NCBI RefSeq assembly: GCF_902459465.1
Contig: NC_047073.1
Coordinates: forward strand, 2,170,001 to 2,234,000
Direction of reading: 5' to 3'
Source: Asterias rubens
Lineage: Eukaryota
Length of the DNA stretch: 64,000 nt
Shown: positions 39,120-51,331 of the stretch, piece after piece
How the letters are laid out: each line of letters starts with the position of its first letter
How positions within the stretch are numbered: the first letter of the stretch is position 1
Program-made: the position numbers and the translations under genes
Notes under the pieces: generated by a model
Seen by the model: only the letters and a program-made list of their open reading frames with translations
The model's database searches: none
What the model was told of the DNA's origin: nothing

Positions 39120-40689
39120 AACGATTGTAAAGTGAGCAGCTTTAAAGTGGAAGTAAATTATTTTGGCGGTAGTTTAGTTTATTAGGCCGAGAAAAAAACA
39201 AATGCTTCAGCAGACTTACTGTCGAACAAAAGCCATGTTATTATTGCACATAGTATATTTTAATATTGTTAAAGTGGGCTGACTGCTTTTTAGCAGTGTT
39301 GTTATTGCAAAGAGTTTATTTCAATATAGCTGTCAAAATTAATAAACATTTTGTAAACTTCAAAAAAATAAATGCGAAAACGTATATCACGAAAAGACGA
39401 AAAAAAGAAAACACGACGGAGATACTATGTTTTCGCCGTGAAGGTCTACGTATTAGACTAAATTAACTGTATTTATTAAGATTAAAATTATTTAGTTCTC
39501 AATGGACCTTTGTATGCACATGACGTCATTTGGGTTGGGCACCCTCGAAAGTCAGTTGCTCATTGGCTGATTTCTTTGGAAACGCGATACTGGTAAGACT
39601 GGTCCCCTGTCTCCATCCGCAATGATACAGATATACTGGTCTTACAGAACCAGTGATTTAATTGGATGCATTGATTTCATTGGATAAACGTGTAGTGACG
39701 TAAGCTTTCTATATCTGTACTTGTTTTGATTGGTCCGAGGTTACGATTTATAGCAGCGGCACTCTCGGTCGTCTGCATTCAGCAGCGCGCATGTTTTATA
39801 AACAATGTACATAGGCTTTTACTGCGTGTATCCATGCCATGTATAGACTTGATTCAAGTCCCATTCTCGTATGAGAGGTCCCTAAGCATATACCCCCAAC
39901 TTACTGTAAAACAACACGTAGACAGTACAGTGTGCGCTCGCCGTCAAAATGTGGTCCCGAGAATGCGGAACAGGTTTGAAATGCAGAGCATCACAAAACA
40001 GTAGTTTCCTGGGGTTGGCACGGGATTGGGACTTGAGTCAAGTCTAGTCTCTATGTGAAATGAATGTAGGTGAGAGGTGATTATGGAGGTAGGGGGATTG
40101 GTGTATGGCTCAACGGCAGATCTTTGGCGTAATTCACGCTAGGTATTGGTCATAGCCTGAACATCTGACGTCACACGAACCACTCATTTGGGTTGTGTAA
40201 TGTCGCCACAGAGTGTTTCAATACCCGGACTTGTGTGGACCGTTGTATGTTCTCAAAAATCAGTCACCACATCGCGTAACAAACACACACAAAACATAAG
40301 CAACAAACATTAACAGTATCTTCTTACTGACGAGTCAATAGACGATGTGACCTGTGACATCACATGTTTACAAAAGAGCCACCAAGCCTGGACTTCCTGC
40401 AGGCACGACTTGTCACAGCCCAATGGAAGGACACATAAAATCTTATATTTAATGGAGATTGCACTTTCCAATTCTTATCAACTTTTGACATGATGAAAGG
40501 GGGCACATCTCAAAACTTGTCCAGCTTTTACTTTCATAACTCTTGGATTTATGTGGAAATTATGAGACAAAATGTCAACCTTCCAATATGACCAGTGCAG
40601 TATCTTGCCTGCCAGCTAAAGAATGTACAAGGTCACACTTAGTGAAACAAAGTTCACATGGTCTATATATTGGCGACGTGTGGCTTCAA

Positions 40690-41005
40690 AGCCAGCTAGT
40701 CTAAGAGAGAAGGCGTATGAAGTAAGATTGAGGGACAACTCGACCTCTTTCCCCAGGAAGTAATAAGAGTGTTAGGTGACCTAATCGAAACATTCAAGAT
40801 TCTCCCTAAAGGGGCTTGTGGACATAGATACCAGAAGTCTTTTCACATTCTCACAAAAGTAGTACCATAGGACAAGAAAAGGCCAATCAAAGGGCTCAAC
40901 CTCAGAAAACACCAATTCTTCACACACAGCGAGTAAGTGGTCAATGCTAGGACAACCAATCAATTCAAAAACAGCTTTGACAAACACTTGAATGAAAATG
41001 GATAT
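40690..41005 (+). mobile_element. Degenerate CR1-like LINE ORF2 3' fragment
   Basis: GGT GAC CTA ATC GAA ACA TTC AAG ATT CTC = GDLIETFKIL, and VVNARTTNQFKNSFDKHL, both typical of the CR1 RT C-terminus; frameshifted. Confidence 0.7.
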
Positions 41006-44000
41006 GTGGTGTTAATTAAAAGGCAAAAGCCTACAATACTAAAACTCCCATCAAAGTGCAGTGACAACTTTGAGAACACAACATGGCCATTCTTCACCTA
41101 TATTAAAGGAACACGTTGCCCTGGATCGGTCGAGTTGGTCTATGAAAAGCGTTAAGAATCGTTTGTTAAGAAATACAAATGGTTAGATAGATAATTTAAA
41201 AGTAGAATATAATGATCCACAGTCCACACAAGTATCACTCGAAATTGCATGGTTTTCCTTTTACGTCACGAAGAAAAACGGCCGCGTGTTACTTCGCGAC
41301 GTACAAGCAAAACCCGTGCAATTTCGAGTGATACTTGTGTGGATCATTATATTCTACTTATAAAACCAACTCGTCCGATCAAAGGCAACGTGTTCCTTTA
41401 ACTCCGACTTGTCCCTTTCTAAAATAAAGTTCAAATCGTTTCGAAGTTTAAACAAATCGCCAATCTCCTCAAAATACTATGTTACAGAAATACTCTCCCC
41501 ACTCTACAAATTTTAGTTATTGTACACAGTGCTCAAACAAGTTCTAAACACACGCGTGGGTTAAAGGAAACAACACTATTAACCGGTCTGCTGATCCCAA
41601 ACCGTTACAATACCGGGCTCAGGCGTCAACAATAACCGTTAAAAACTGATGGGGAAATCCCCGATTCTTTCCCTTGATATAGTGTTGATTTCATCTTGGA
41701 AAACTCATGCAATGTTTGGTTTGGATTGGTTTCGTTTTACAGTTAATTGTGTGTGTAATGTTTCCTTGGATCACTCAACGCAGCTGAGAATTGCAATTCG
41801 ACTTTCAATAAACTTTTAATGAAATGAGTTCGTGTATGTTGGCCTTAAAGTGACATCGTTAATAAGTTCTATGTGTATATTAATCCACAGTACCAATAAA
41901 CGGTGCGATTGACTTGCCCCTGAGAGGGTTTGGTTGCCCAGATTTGAAAAATTCATTGTAATAAATGTAACTGCCCATGTATAACCCTCGGAGCTGCCGA
42001 GGGTTGGGCGTAAGGAACAACTTTATACTTAAACATTAATAATTACAAAATGCGTTGATGAATTCTGCTAGTGATTTATTTTTGGAAAGGAACATTACAG
42101 AATTGGTTTTGCTAGCAAAAACGCTGCTGGCAGTGTAAGCACTTTATGTAATCCACCCTATACGTTAACCGACAAACCTGTAGAAGTTTGAGATCGATCG
42201 GCCCTCTGGGTTTAGTGAAAAACCGATTACAAATTTTGCATTTCACCGATGCCAGAACAAAAATGAATAAAACGCTCACTGAGCGATAAACTCCAAGCGC
42301 GAAATTAGGTTATTTATTTCTCATCAAATATGAAATTTCAGACAGAAATATTTCAAGGGATGTTTTCTACTATCATCTAGACCGTGTAAGTTTTATGTAA
42401 ATCTGTGATCTTCACGATTTTTCGTTTCTTACAAATTCTTTAACGCTCTTTAAACATCACTCTTTCATGATTTATTGGTTGGTAAACTCAGAGGTGGTAG
42501 ACATAGTGTGGGGTGGTAGATTAGTATAATTATGGATCCATTATAATGTGCACAAACAAATCGGATTTTTTATTTTTTATTTTTTTAATTTTTTATAAAT
42601 AAGTAATGAACCAACGTTTAAATTTTCAGAATGCTTCAATCTTTATTGTGAGGATCCATGGAATACCTAATCGTCTTTTCAGACCGCCATTAGAACAAGA
42701 TTTTTGCCCCAAAACACATTTACCTGTAATACAATCTGCCTTCCTGATCGCGCCAAGTGTGGGTACAGCGTGTATTTTGTCCCCACGGCTGCTTAAAGGT
42801 TTTTAGCCGTCACAGCCATTTGGATGGTCAAATGAAGATATTTATTTGCATACTCAAGAAGTTAATACATTTTTAAACTTCGGGAGAAAAGAAAAAGAAT
42901 TAGGGATGATAAATAAAGTAGGTTGCAATTTTTTAGTAGTCAACTGTCGGTCCAAAAAGAAATTCGTATTCTGTATTATAAAATCCAAACCGAACAATGT
43001 TTTTAAACGGTTTAGGTTCTTTTTGTACGACACAAAACGCACGCATTACACACAAATTTACTTTAAACTTACCCGGATTAGAAGATAGTGATGATAGAAA
43101 GCTTCCCTTAGAATATTACTTGCTGTGGAGGTGCTGTAGAGAAATGAGTAAAACAAAGTGAAATAAGTTATTTCCGTCTAAGGAGGAACATTATTTAAAG
43201 CACTTGACACTATTGGTAATTACTCAAAATAGTTATTAGCATAAAACCTTACTTGGTACTGGGTAATGGGGAGCTGTTGATAGTATAAAATGGGTGAGAA
43301 ACGGCTCCCTCTGACGAAACGTATTTTTTCAGAAAGAAGTAATTTTCCACGATTTTGACTTCGATACCTCAGAATTAGATTTTGAGGTCTCGCAATCAAG
43401 CATCTGAAAGCACACAACTTCGTGTGACAAGGGTGTTTTTCTTTCATTATTATCTCGCAACTTCGACAACCAATTGAGCTCAAATTTTCACTGGTATGTT
43501 ATTAATTTATGCATATGTTGAGATACAACAAGTGAGAAGGCTGGTCTTTGACAATTACTAAAAGTATCCAATGTATTTTAGCATGTACAACGTATTTACG
43601 TGACTCTCCTGAAAACATTGCTCTGTGATTTTCACATTTCTTTCTGCAAAACTTGATGGCTAATGAAGCTGAAACTTGTACAGGTAAATTGTATTGCATA
43701 CATCTTTATTCACAGTGAGTATAGGAATTCAATCCCCCATGTCATGGCAAAAAAAAATCTATCCAAAAAGGTAATTAACCCTTTAATATGTAAGGCCAAG
43801 GCCGACGTACGTGTGAACTAGCAATACTTCCCTTCATTTCATACAACATCCTTTTCCTGTTGGTTAAAGCCAACACCAACGTAAATTTATCCACTCCTAC
43901 TCCCATAAAATGAATGATTTAGTAGTTTATATCCTTTTCGACCGTATGAATGTTACCAAATAATACCAAAACATACAAGGTAAACAGACTGTGTTGTTCT

Positions 44001-45609
44001 GTGAATTTGTCTTTGGTGTAAGCCATTCCTTTCTGTGTATATATGATAGTGGTATTTGAGGCATTGCAATGTGAGGTATCAATATGGTAGTTTGCGGTAA
44101 CCTATTTTGTCAGGTAGATTTTGTTCTTTATAGCACTTTCAATAAAACTTTAATTGTTTATAACATAAGGCCTACTTTGTATTTGCCAGTGGCTGTGAAG
44201 GGTGGGGGTTGTTTACCCAGTTTCCCTACTAATGATTTTCCTTTTCGCTTTGTTTGAAAAACAGTTTTTTTAAGGGAAATAATTTATTTCATTTCTACTT
44301 ATACTTGAATACAGACACTTTCCTATGGCCTTCTATATTGCTCCTGAAGCCATTGTTTTATCACCAAGTTGTTCCCATCAACATTGAGCGTGTGCGCGAT
44401 TTTGTTTTTCAAATAATTATTGACGGACCGATTTTGTACACAAAAGATGCTGGCAGTGTTTTGTCCTGCCCTTTCTGACCCAAATACTATCCTACGTTGC
44501 CTGACACCCCTCTTAGACGTGTGGCATATAAGCTGACCAATGTGTACGATGTGTTGAGACAGTTGAAATATCAATATCCATCATGTGTCGGCGACCTACC
44601 TCGTTTGAGGGTTTTAATGGGTATACAATTATTTAACATTGTTAGGAAAGTAAACCTTAGCAATGAAATATAAATAAGATTTGATATCATAAAAGATTAC
44701 ATTGCCCGTTAAACTTGTTTTCTCGTTTGCGAAACACGCGAGATGTGCTTGTCTGTCACTATGTGCCCTCCCCCCCACCTGACCACCCTGGATCCGCCCA
44801 TATTCTGTACGACAGTGTCACACGTCAGTTATAAATAGCATTTCATTTCAATGACTTTGAATGAGCTGCAATAATTATTCATGATGCCTTTTGCACAGCC
44901 AATAGGCATCACAAACTATGTACAAAGTATGACGACGATTGAATGCCAAATTAGAGACCTCATCCTGGGTTTTCAAAATATCCACAAAGAGCTGACGCTG
45001 TAAAGTATTTCAGGTCGTGTCTGAGCGGCTTCGGCTACGTCGCGCCGGATCTCCACACCATCGCGCATTGAAGCATAGGATGTCCTTAGCAACAACTGTA
45101 ATATTAGCCGTAGCCATATACATCCATTCGGATACGGCTTTCAGTGTCTATGGAACAGTTCAAGGTAAAATTGTGGCACATTGGAAAGCCACATCACACA
45201 GTACGCTTTAAAACACCTACATCATTTTTTTTTTAAAGAATAATATGTCATGACAGCCTACGCAATTGAACCGTTCAACAACAAGTCGCTGACCGGCCGA
45301 TTAAGTTCATATATAGGTAGCCTAATCCAGCAGTTATTCAGCACTAAACATTGCAAGTGAGACTGTCTCCAGGTGAGCAAAAATAGTTGAAGTATTAAGC
45401 TAGACAGACTGAAGGCTTCAAAAAAGGGAGAGGTGTCTATTTGTTACCAAAGCAAGCATAACAGATCATAGCATTTCAAGGCATTTCTTTCCCGTTTGTG
45501 TAGTGGTGTACACTGTGAAGGTAAGTGTTTGTATGTTTGAAACTTTGCATGGTGTGACGGATAGGAATAAACTATAAACAATAGACTTGCAGGTACGACC
45601 ATGTACTAA

Positions 45610-45675
45610 TTCCCTTTAAGGGAGTGTACTAACTCCCTTTAAGGGAGTGTACTAACTCCCTTTAAGGGAGTGTTA
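45610..45675. repeat. 23-bp tandem repeat x3 with palindromic core CTCCCTTTAAGGGAG
   Basis: (A)ACTCCCTTTAAGGGAGTGTACT is directly repeated three times. Confidence 0.85.
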
Positions 45676-46460
45676 AGTTGGATTTGAAACTTTGCATGGT
45701 GGAAATAATATATGAAAAGGTTTAAGGTAACACCATGTATTGACTATCTTTAAATGAGTTGGAGTGGTTCTGAAAAGAACCGTTGGTTTCAACTTGACGT
45801 TTCAATCAGTATGCTCTGACTGCCTTCTGGAGAAAGCAGAAGTGAGGGAGTGTTGGCTCTGAGAAGAGCCGGTGTGGTATTGACGTTTCGAACAGTATAC
45901 TCTGTTCGTCTTCAAGAGAAAGACTGTTATTAACTGGACGTTGGGTTGAACTTGTATTGAAAGCGCCAGCCCAATTAAAGGCCCTTAACACTATTGTGAG
46001 TTACTTCAAAATAACTGTTACAGCATGAAAACCTTTCTTTGGAGGGTTTAAGGGTGGGGGGGGGGGGCTTACTACTGTTCAAGAGGAAATGAGTGTGTTA
46101 AATATGGGAACATACCCTATGGGTATGGTATAGATGGATCGTAACATGACGTCATTGACCATCATCTTTTGATGTCAACAAAAGTGGAGAAGTGCACAAG
46201 TGTACGCGCTACGCCCGACTCTCAGCCAATAAATAGCTGGGATACATATATTATTAACCTGCTAAAAAGTAAACCCGTACACAAAGTGTTTGTTATTACA
46301 AACACTATAAATACATAACACTATAAATAATTATACCTGTCAGTATTGTCACAAAGCTCAGGACAGCAATGAGTATACAATAGTAACACAAATCGGTGTA
46401 CATGGGTAAAAACACAAAAATAATACTCTTTATTCCCGATGCAAATTTCACTGTATTAAA

Positions 46461-46837
46461 GGCAGTGGACACTATTGGTAATTGTCAAAGACTAGCCTTC
46501 ACAGTTGGTGTATCTCAACATATCCATAAAATAACAAACCTGTGAAAATTTGAGCTCAATCGGTCATCGAACTTGCGAGATAACAATGAAAGAAAAAACA
46601 CCCTTGTCACACGAAGTTGTATGCGTTTAGATGGTTGATTTCGAGACCTCAAGTTCTAAACCTGAGGTCTCGAAATCAAATTCGTGGAAAATTACTTCTT
46701 TTTCGAAAACTATGGCACTTCAGAGGGAGCCGTTTCTCACAATGTTTTATACCATCAACCTCTCCCCATTACTCGTCACCAAGAAAGGTTTTATGCTAAT
46801 AAATATTTTGAGTAATTACCAATAGTGTCCACTGCCT
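46461..46837. mobile_element. TTAA-flanked (Kolobok-like) ~380-bp MITE, representative full copy of a family with ~20 copies/fragments in the window
   Basis: TIR (T)TAAAGGCAGTGGACACTATTGGTAATT ... AATTACCAATAGTGTCCACTGCCTT(T)AA with an internal hairpin TTTCGAGACCTCA..TGAGGTCTCGAAA. Other copies approx. 6782-7140, 9040-9420, 9700-10010, 12183-12566, 14322-14700, 15633-15780, 16444-16790, 22545-22848, 24640-24960, 25006-25366, 25628-26005, 33790-34133, 34900-35090, 35260-35390, 43196-43570, 53410-53794, 53985-54335, 55935-56330, 60459-60834, 61305-61630. Confidence 0.85.
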
Positions 46838-46892
46838 TAAATCGTTGCGGTACCAGCTGCTAAAATATAGGATTCGCACTACTCTAGCTACC

Positions 46893-47100
46893 GGGCAATC
46901 TCGGTGGTCTAGTTGGTAAGACACTGCTCTATCTAGAATTGCAAGGGTCATGGGTTCGAATTCCACTCGAATAATGTGCCGGTGATTTTGTTTTTCACAG
47001 AGCTCGCGGAAAGTACTGAGTGTACAGTCCTAACTCACCGGTTAATATGGGTAAAACCAAAATTAATATTCTTTAAACCCCGAGGCAAATTTCCATCTCC
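46893..47100 (+). mobile_element. tRNA-derived SINE (family B); related pieces at ~22160-22240, ~33290-33470 (-), ~37720-37880, ~46340-46440
   Basis: A-box TCGGTGGTCTAGTTGG (46901) and B-box GGGTTCGAATTCC (46952), followed by a shared body GGAAAGTACTGAGTRTACAGT..CGGTGTAYATGGGTAAAAC. Confidence 0.72.
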
Positions 47101-47186
47101 TATAAATCTAGTTGCTATAGTGCATTTCTGAAATAAATAAACTTTACACGTCTGCTGATTATGTTTCTATTGTCAGGTTATCAATC

Positions 47187-50100
47187 ATGGAGACCTCTCG
47201 AAACGTCGACAAATTCAGCAAGATGGAGCGGTTCTTATCGGGGCTGTCGGACTTCGGCAAAAGGAGTCTCAACTTGAGCGTACTTGTGAACGATGAGCCT
47301 CTACAAAAGGCCTACTCTACCGCAATGGCTGATGGAGAGCTTCCAACCAACCGGGCAAGAGTCTTGATTCTAGGCGAGCCACGTGCTGGAAAGACCAGCT
47401 TGCTTAACCGTCTACTCGGGAGAGAGTTTGACCGCAACGAGCAGCCGACACACGGCATTGAGACGCGTATGTGTCACGTCACCAATGTGGACAAGCAATG
47501 GAACGAGGCAGGTAGTGCTAAGGTAGATGATATCCAAGAATGTGCCGCAGCTATTGCTGTGCTTGAGGAAGCTTCATCGGAGGAACCCCACCAAAAACAA
47601 GACGCCACAAAGAGTTTCTTCAAGGCATCTCCATCGTCAGTTGATAACTTCTTCTCATCAGCATCCGTCGAGACTGGATTACTCAACATTTGCAAACAGC
47701 TTTCAATTTTTTTCGAGATCTCTGTGGTGATGCTGGTTTCTCTCTTTTTTGGCCTGAGTCAACTTGGTTACGCGACATTTACGTTGGGCTGCATAGGTTT
47801 AATGACTCTGGTGCTTGACTACAACGTCGCATTCAGGTGTGCCACTTGTGTCTCAGTGTCGTTCGCCCTCTTCGAAGCCATGGCGAGAGGAAATGAACAT
47901 CAGAAAGAGCTTTCTTGTACAGGGAACGACGATTACGTTGCACTGGACTGGTTTATCTTACAGAATATCGTATTGAATGTGTTTAACACGGCCATGTTTG
48001 GCACGGCGTGCGGTCTTGGATTTCGGACAGGTGTAGCTGTCGCCTTCTCAGCGAGTGTGCCGCCGTGGGAGGATAGCTCCGGAAACACGGCATGGCAAAG
48101 TGTCTCTTTTTGGAACGCTGCGTCCATCTGCCTGGTGCTGCTTGCTGGTAGCTTATCGGGAGGGGTAACCTACAAGTATTGCACTGTGAACGACCGGTTG
48201 CACAGAAGACGAACCATTGCCTCGTGTTTTTTTATGACTCTTTTGTTCACAGTCTACGTTAACGTTGAGTGTGGTAGCAGACTACTTCTATATATCTTCA
48301 TGAATGCGTTTGTGATGACAGTAGGGATGGCTTGGGGGTTTATGTTCGGACACAGAGCTGTGATGAAGTATGGTTTTGAGGCTCGATATATCACTAAGAA
48401 AACAATTGGCCTAATTTTCGGCTTTTACCTTGTGCGCATGTGTGGATGGACCCTTAGACTACCGGGTACCTCTTTAAAATCGCTAGCCTTTTATACTTTC
48501 TCAGTAATCGTATTCCCATTGTTTGACCTCTACACAGCCTTCAGGATATGGAACACAAAATCTACTTTCCCTGTGAAGACGATTCGTAACCAAATGAAGG
48601 CTTTGATCCAGAGACAACCTCTTCTCGAGACCAAACTGAGTCTGTGGGACTTCGCAGGTGATACTTTGTACCACAATACCCACCATGTGTTTATGCCAGA
48701 CAGAGCCATGTACGTCATTGTCTTTAACCTAGAGGCAGCTGTATCTGACGAAGAGGTACAACTTCAGAAACTTCTCTTCTGGCTTCACTCTGTCTGTGCT
48801 CACGCCCGGCACCCAGACGCTGTAGTCATGATTGTCGGTACCCACAAAACTAGCGTTCCAGAGGCAGAAAGAAAATGCTTCACTGATAATCTTCACAATC
48901 TAATCACGGCCAAATTCTGCGACCGGCTTGTTCTCAACCCGGCCGACGATAAACCTTTATTTCTGGTGGAGAATTCGGATGCCTTTGATCAAGACTTTCG
49001 ACAGCTGAGAGCAGAGATATTTCGGCGTGTCGAGACTGCAGAGTACGCCCAGGAGAAATATCCCATCAAGTATTTGCATTTTTACCGTGAGATCCAAAAC
49101 CGTCGGAAGCTTGCCCAGGGGCCGGATTGTGACAAGAACGTAGCCAGCCTACAACAGATCCAAGACCTGGCAAATCTCACATGCAACATAGAGGGCGAGG
49201 AGCAGCTGCAAAAAATGTTGAGATACTTCAATGAGGCAGGAGAGATCATCTACAGAGCGGAAGACGTAATACTAAGGTAGCATGTTGTACTTGATCCTCA
49301 GTTTCTGGTAGACGTCATGAAGAAGCTAGTTGACATCCCAAGAGCCTATCATCGCTCACATCGCTACGCCATTGAATGGAGAAACTACGAGAATACCGGA
49401 ATTATTTCCGAGGAGTTGCTGCACCACATCTACTCCGATATGCCTCATCTTATTCCATTGCTAATCAATCTTCTTCAAGCATTTGATCTCATTGGCTCAT
49501 TGGAACCCACTCAAGGCCCAAGCTGCTCACATCCTTCATTTTTGGTGCCTGCCATGTTGCCTCCTTTTGAGTGTGAAGGGTCGAAGTTTTGGGAATCACA
49601 GGACAAGGAGGAGGTCTTCTACTTTGACTTTGGCTTCTTCGATCCCACAACTATCTACTACCGTCTATTGACAAGATGCTTAGCACACGCCAACAGAGAC
49701 AACGACGAGCCTCACTCCAAACCGCTCATCTTTGCAGATCGTTCTCGGTTCTACATTGGAACTAGTTTAATCTTCAAGCTCCAGTTGGAGAAGAGATCCT
49801 CCCAACAACAGCTTCTTTCCGTCGCCATTTTAACTTTTGACTCTGAGAACTCCAGGCAAGAATTATTAGGGTTTTTTGTAGAGGCTGTGAGGAACATCAC
49901 TGCTCGGGATTATTTACATCTTAACTTTACATTTGGACCCCGGTGTCCTTTCTGTGAAACACCTCGTCCATCGAATGAACTGACGGACGTCAAGGAACAC
50001 GACGAGGCAATCCATGTCTTGATAATGGCGGGAAACGATAAGTCATTTCCCACAAGGTCATCGACCGTAATGTTCTGTGGAGTAAGGCGACACAGAATGA

Positions 50101-50330
50101 AACTGAGCAAATCAAGGGTAAGTGCAAACTTTAAAATTAACCTAAGAAGAGCTCACTCCGCGGTAGTTTATCAACGCTCTCTTTTAAGCTAAAGTAGTAG
50201 TCCCGGTTAAAGTTCTACCTTACCGCTCAGATAGTTAAAAAGCATGCGGCTCTTTCCAGAACTAAGAAGTCTCCCAGATTCCGAAAATCTACTCCGTGGT
50301 AGAAGAATATAAAGCAGACAGTACTACCTG

Positions 50331-50361
<31 letters not shown>

Positions 50362-51331
50362 CATGGTGTTACCGCAAACATCAACATGCAATGCCTCAAA
50401 TCTTATTTAAATTTAAAACATTGAGACCTATACCACTGATAGAACCTATTACTTTTCAAACTGACAGGGGTAAGTTTTATGATTCACCACTTTAGGAGAA
50501 CCTTCCAAGTACCTCCCATCCACCACAGAGGGTAGTCTTTGGCCCGGAGACGCTCATCACCAAGATACCACCAGACCTGTTTGACAAGGTGTGCTGTTTC
50601 CTGAACACTAGGGGGCAGAGGAGCTGGAAGACACTGGCAGGTGAGGACACAGTCGTGGCTTGTGTAAAATTTCTCGTGGAAACATTCAAATGAAAATCGT
50701 TGGTTTTAAGAACAATTCATTTTCCCCCCGATCATCACATCCCCTGGCCGAGCCGTCTAGTTCACATGACCCGAACTCTTGTACTGTCGGTGTGGACTCG
50801 ATTCCCGGACACCTGTGAAGGAAGTCCGTTTTGCTCTACCAACTAGGCAATTGATAGAGGATAAAAACCCATTCCTACATCCTTACGGACTGTGAATGGG
50901 GTATCACCCTGTTCCAGGCCCAGGGGTAGGTGGCAACGCGCCCCTGGTGACAGCTGATTTGGGTTGACGTCTAAAACAGGTTAAAAGTGAAGCCCTTGTT
51001 TTGAAGTCGTCCGGCCTAGTAAGGTTGGGCGATATCTCATAGAAAATAAATCACAACAAATCACTGTCCTGATTCTAAACAGAGACTCTGCATGAACACA
51101 GAGAGTCTCCTTGATAGTATCCATATTTCTGTTTCCTCAGGTGAATTGGGTAAAGATGTGGATTTCGTAGCTGCTTTAGACAGTGAAGGGGTGACCAACC
51201 CCAGTGAGCATCTCCTCAAGGAATGGTCGATGGAAGGAGGCGTCACAGTGGCTGATCTACTTGAGGTTCTAGAAAGACCTGGTCTGGAGAGGAAGGACAT
51301 CATCCAAGAAGTCAAAGCTCAAATGTCTTGA
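47187..51331 (+). CDS. ROCO-family protein: Roc GTPase with inserted multi-pass TM block, COR domain, C-terminal death domain (~1088 codons; one in-frame TAG at 49278-49280)
   Basis: Exon from 47177 (ATG 47187) to 50117, then 50496-50640 and 51141-51331, GT-AG with consistent phases. P-loop LILGEPRAGKTSLL, switch I PTHGIET, G3 LSLWDFAGD, YVIVFNL, WLHSV, G4 VMIVGTHK; COR motifs LRYFNEAGEIIY and VVLDPQFLVDVMKKL; death domain LFDKVCCFLN..SWKTLAGELG..PSEHLLKEW..TVADLLEVLER..RKDII. Coding status is uncertain because of the TAG. Confidence 0.82.
50742..51060 (+). mobile_element. Probable tRNA-derived SINE in the death-domain intron
   Basis: A-box-like TGGCCGAGCCGTCTAG and B-box-like GACTCGATTCC, then a ~250-bp body ending in an A-rich tail. 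Confidence 0.5.

Noticed and set aside
46893-46970. tRNA gene
   Set aside because: A and B boxes are present but there is no convincing cloverleaf, and the downstream body is shared by several dispersed copies, so this is a SINE head. The same applies to 26860-26938 and 36215-36292.
49278-49280. Selenocysteine or pyrrolysine recoding
   Set aside because: Sec uses TGA, and pyrrolysine is not known in animals.
49277-49301. Micro-intron (AG|GTAGCA..CCTCAG) that would remove the TAG
   Set aside because: It is only 25 nt, not a multiple of 3, has a weak donor, and would delete the conserved VVLDP COR motif.
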